A stretch of 64,000 nucleotides of DNA from Spirochaetota bacterium (GTDB lineage Bacteria > Spirochaetota > UBA4802 > UBA5550). A program made the position numbers and the translations under genes. The notes below the pieces were generated by a model, which had not been told where the DNA came from, did no database searches, and worked only from the letters and a program-made list of their open reading frames with translations. Positions 60,611 through 64,000 of this stretch are shown here, piece after piece. How positions within the stretch are numbered: position 1 is the first letter of the stretch; each line of letters opens with the position of its first letter. Location of the stretch: positions 1,984,001-2,048,000 of the forward strand of contig OY760686.1 in the NCBI GenBank assembly GCA_963663865.1, given 5' to 3'.

Positions 60611-61572
60611 TGGACATATACAAAATGAATATCAAACTTATATTAAATAGAATTCTTCATGGATTAAAAAAAACCCCCATCATTCTCAAGGCAATTTGGA
60701 AAACACCTTATTTTAAAGTGTATCTGCTGCTCTCGTTTCTTTTCACTTTTGTTTTTGTACTTCTGACATTCCCTCTCGATGTTATTGTTAAAAACGCTAT
60801 TCACAGCTATGAATCAAAATCTGGTAATACAGTCAGCATTGGCGATATGTCTATAAACCTCTTTTCAGAGTCAGAGCTGGAAAACATATCCGTATCAATT
60901 AAGGGGAGTGACACTGTCTTCATCAAATCCGCTATAATAAATATCTCCATGAATCCTTTGACTCTTCTCATAGACAGGGAGATAAAAGGCGATATTGGAG
61001 TCAGCGGGATAAAGCATACCGGCGACAACATTAAAATCGAGGCAGCAATAAACAGCAACCTTGATATCAAACTCAATGAAAAGACCGGTTCAATTGAAAC
61101 AGGTAAGATTAAAATGATGATTAACAATCTATCTGTTAGCCTAAATGAATTTTCCGTCCCTGAAGGTCCACTAAGCGGCTTTCCGATTACCAGAATTATA
61201 AGAATATCATCAATCATTTCAGAAATGAATATTTCCAACAAACAGCTTACCCTTTCCGAGAGTAAGATATCCGGATCGGATCTTAAAGCAGTTGTAAGCG
61301 GAACGGTTGGTATTGGAAAGGTAAGCAACCGCCTTGATCTGAAATTAAAAGTTGATGCATCTTCAACGCTGCTGGACGATTTCCGCATGTTTATCACCAC
61401 CATGGTAGATGCAAACAATCAAATTCCAATTGAGATTAAAGGAACAACAAGCAGACCAAAAGTCATTACACCAATGAATAAAAAGGATGAGGATAAAACA
61501 TCCGACTCAAGACCGGTTTCAAAATCAAAATCTAGACCAACACCGCCCGAGCAGTCGACGATGTTCAGATAG
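60610..61572 (+). CDS. gspN: T2SS protein N
   Basis: TM-FP motif, beta-rich body and I.I.GT..RP C-terminus; gene order. Confidence 0.7.
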   Translation: MDIYKMNIKLILNRILHGLKKTPIILKAIWKTPYFKVYLLLSFLFTFVFVLLTFPLDVIVKNAIHSYESKSGNTVSIGDMSINLFSESELENISVSIKGSDTVFIKSAIINISMNPLTLLIDREIKGDIGVSGIKHTGDNIKIEAAINSNLDIKLNEKTGSIETGKIKMMINNLSVSLNEFSVPEGPLSGFPITRIIRISSIISEMNISNKQLTLSESKISGSDLKAVVSGTVGIGKVSNRLDLKLKVDASSTLLDDFRMFITTMVDANNQIPIEIKGTTSRPKVITPMNKKDEDKTSDSRPVSKSKSRPTPPEQSTMFR

Positions 61573-61586
61573 ATTTAAAAAATGCC

Positions 61587-63317
61587 ATGAAAATATATCT
61601 CGCTGTCAATTCAGGTTTTTGCATGGGAGTACGCAATGCCGTTCTTCGACTCGTTAAAGACCTGAATGACACAAAAACGCCTTCCGCCGTGTACGGCAAC
61701 TTGATTCACAATCCCCAGACTATAGAAGTACTAAAGGAGCGCGGGATTGAAACAATAAACAGCCTGAAAAACATTTCAGGGAAGAAGATTGCGATTAGAA
61801 CTCATGGCGTCCCTATTGACGAAACCCGTTATATTAAAAAACACTCAAGCACCCTTCTAAACCTTACCTGCCCCAGGGTGGCAAAAGTCCAATCGCTCAT
61901 AAAGCAGTATTCCAGAAAAGGATACTATGTTTTAATATGTGGCGACAAAGACCACGCTGAGGTTCTTGGTCTTATAAGCTTTGCAGAGAACGGGTACAGC
62001 GTTGTGTCAGGACCCGATGAAATAATCAATATCCCGGAAAACAGAAATATACTTCTGGTTTCTCAAACAACCTTCGACGGTCAGCTTTTTATTTCTATAT
62101 CAGAGAGAGCGAAGGAGCTTTTCCCCGGCCTTAAAATAATTAACACCATCTGCGATTCAACACGCCTTCGTCAAAATGATCTCATAGAGGCTTCTGCCAA
62201 AAACGTAAATACACTTGTAGTAATTGGAGGGCGTAATTCTGCAAATACAAGGCGTCTTTACGAAATCGGCAACTCATTGAATATGAAGGCCTTTCTTGTT
62301 GAGGAGGCGGGTGAACTGAGTGAAAGTGATTTTACGAGAGATGATATTGTCCTTGTAACAGCCGGTGCCTCCACTCCGGGCTGGATAATTAGAGACATAC
62401 TTGAAAGACTATATGAAATAAAGTCGCTTAAAAAATGCCGCATTTTCAGAATATTCCGGGCTATCACAAAAAACCTGTTCGAACTGAACATTGTTTCAGC
62501 CCTTTTTGCGTCAGCAATGACTTCCTTTTCACAAACGTATTCTAACACATCTACAAACCCGTATCTTGTTACAGTATCATTCGTTTACATATTGTCAATG
62601 TACTCAATTAACAACTATTTTGATTCTTTTTCGGTAAGATCATTCCCTTCAAGTCGAAATGCAAAGCATGGCTTTACGGGAACTGCACTGTTTGCGATTT
62701 CGATAATTCTGTGTGTTGCAGGGATATTTCCAGCTTATTCTGCCGGGATAGATATTATGTTCATATACCTGCTTCTTGTAACAACAGGGTTTATATATTT
62801 TTCCCCTGCTTTAAGCAGAACAGCAGCCAGAAAATTTCATCCTATTCTGAGAAAATTCTACAATTCAAAACAGATTGCCTGTATGGGGTGGGCCGCAGTT
62901 ACCGTGCTTTTCCCTTTTCTATGCTGCGAGGGAGAGGCCAAAAGCTTTCTTCCTCTTTTTCTGATAATACCAGCGGCTTCAGTAAGACATCTACTCTCAG
63001 ATATTTCTGACTATCAATCGGATATAATTTTCGGAAGAGAATCATTGCCGACATGGCTCGGCCTGCATAGAACATCAATTCTTATAAAAACCATTTTGAC
63101 CGCATCCTTTCTGATATATACGACAGGAACAGCAATTTATTCTGAACCCATCTACCTGATTCCATCTGCAGGCCTTCTCTATCAGCTTTATTTGCTTAAT
63201 GACTTTATGAAAAATTTAAGTCGGGTGAGAATCGACAGTCTGATAAGGATTGACCTTTCGTATCTTGTTTTTATCCTGTTATTTGCTGTAACCTTAGTTT
63301 TAAAATTGCTTCTATAA
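61587..63317 (+). CDS. ispH: IspH (HMBPP reductase) fused to a UbiA-like membrane prenyltransferase domain
   Basis: GFCMGV, IHNP, THG, TCP.V, HAEV, SQTT, TIC.ST and TAGASTP, followed by multi-TM region with NNYFD and DISDYQSD. Confidence 0.9.
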   Translation: MKIYLAVNSGFCMGVRNAVLRLVKDLNDTKTPSAVYGNLIHNPQTIEVLKERGIETINSLKNISGKKIAIRTHGVPIDETRYIKKHSSTLLNLTCPRVAKVQSLIKQYSRKGYYVLICGDKDHAEVLGLISFAENGYSVVSGPDEIINIPENRNILLVSQTTFDGQLFISISERAKELFPGLKIINTICDSTRLRQNDLIEASAKNVNTLVVIGGRNSANTRRLYEIGNSLNMKAFLVEEAGELSESDFTRDDIVLVTAGASTPGWIIRDILERLYEIKSLKKCRIFRIFRAITKNLFELNIVSALFASAMTSFSQTYSNTSTNPYLVTVSFVYILSMYSINNYFDSFSVRSFPSSRNAKHGFTGTALFAISIILCVAGIFPAYSAGIDIMFIYLLLVTTGFIYFSPALSRTAARKFHPILRKFYNSKQIACMGWAAVTVLFPFLCCEGEAKSFLPLFLIIPAASVRHLLSDISDYQSDIIFGRESLPTWLGLHRTSILIKTILTASFLIYTTGTAIYSEPIYLIPSAGLLYQLYLLNDFMKNLSRVRIDSLIRIDLSYLVFILLFAVTLVLKLLL

Positions 63318-63330
63318 CAGGGGTCACTTT

Positions 63331-64000
63331 ATGGATATAAATGCAAGAACAGAGCTCTACTGTATTTTTGGTAATCCCGTAGCTCACTCTCTTTCTCCGA
63401 TAATGCACAATACCGCTTTCAGAAACTTCAACATCAATTCAGTTTATATGGCATTCAAGCCTGAGAGTCTTGCTGGCGCCGCAGCAGCAATGAGAAGCCT
63501 CAATATAAAGGGTGCCAGCATAACTATTCCATTTAAGACTGACATTATATCCTTGATAGACAAAGTCCATCCTCTTGCGCTCCAGATAGGAGCCGTCAAT
63601 ACCCTTGTCAATAAGGATGGGCTTATTGAAGGTTACAATACCGACGGTATCGGAGCAGTTCTCGCGCTGGAGCACAGCGGTATATCTCTTGAAAACAGCA
63701 GGGTCATGATAATCGGCAATGGAGGCTCTGCAAGGGCAATCGCCTTTACAATCCTTGGGAAAAAAGCTGAAGTAATAATATGCGGTCGAAACCTTTCGCG
63801 GGTATCGGAACTCTCAAAAAGCCTCAAAGACACCGGATTTATTGCTGAAACAGTTATTATCGATAACATTACAAACGATATTATGAAAAGGGTTGATATT
63901 ATTATCAATACCACCCCGATCGGGATGAGTCCGCAAACTTCGCTGTCACCTCTCAACGCTGATTTTCTTTCAGATCATCATACTGTATTTGACATTATCT
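63331..64000 (+). CDS. aroE: Shikimate dehydrogenase, runs off the window edge
   Basis: Manual translation: FGNPVAHSLSP.MHN, TIPFK, GAVNT, GYNTDG.G, GNGGSAR and NTTPIGM. Confidence 0.95.
   Translation, partial: MDINARTELYCIFGNPVAHSLSPIMHNTAFRNFNINSVYMAFKPESLAGAAAAMRSLNIKGASITIPFKTDIISLIDKVHPLALQIGAVNTLVNKDGLIEGYNTDGIGAVLALEHSGISLENSRVMIIGNGGSARAIAFTILGKKAEVIICGRNLSRVSELSKSLKDTGFIAETVIIDNITNDIMKRVDIIINTTPIGMSPQTSLSPLNADFLSDHHTVFDII

Noticed and set aside
2943-63956. Numerous short or antisense ORFs in the track
   Set aside because: They overlap well-supported genes and show no recognisable motifs, so they are treated as shadow ORFs.

Overview
Chromosomal window from a probably anaerobic, diderm bacterium. 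A spirochaete-like lineage is an inference from gene content only. From left to right: (1) a minus-strand Wzx/Wzy surface-polysaccharide locus (1-12169) whose distal ~6 kb is very AT-rich; it contains a decayed nucleotidyltransferase gene and an initiating WecA-type transferase fused to a PilZ-like domain; (2) an EXPERA membrane protein, lemA-TPM-TPM, an extended TetR and a CapA-like metallophosphoesterase; (3) a tightly coupled minus-strand operon pfkA - cNMP/GGDEF - cNMP/GGDEF - DHH, in which the two GGDEF domains are degenerate at largely complementary active-site positions (the top finding); (4) MATE; (5) an HTH-PTS EIIA gene heading a six-gene Ehr (hydrogenase-4-like, no NiFe ligands) operon, followed by porCDAB and an M23 peptidase; (6) orphan parA, argS-cinA-TPR-aroQ, a CHASE2 adenylate cyclase, an AsmA-like protein and dedA; (7) a complete gspC-N type II secretion operon running into an IspH-UbiA fusion and a truncated aroE. 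No rRNA, tRNA, CRISPR array or intact mobile element was recognised. All calls come from reading motifs by eye; no searches were run.
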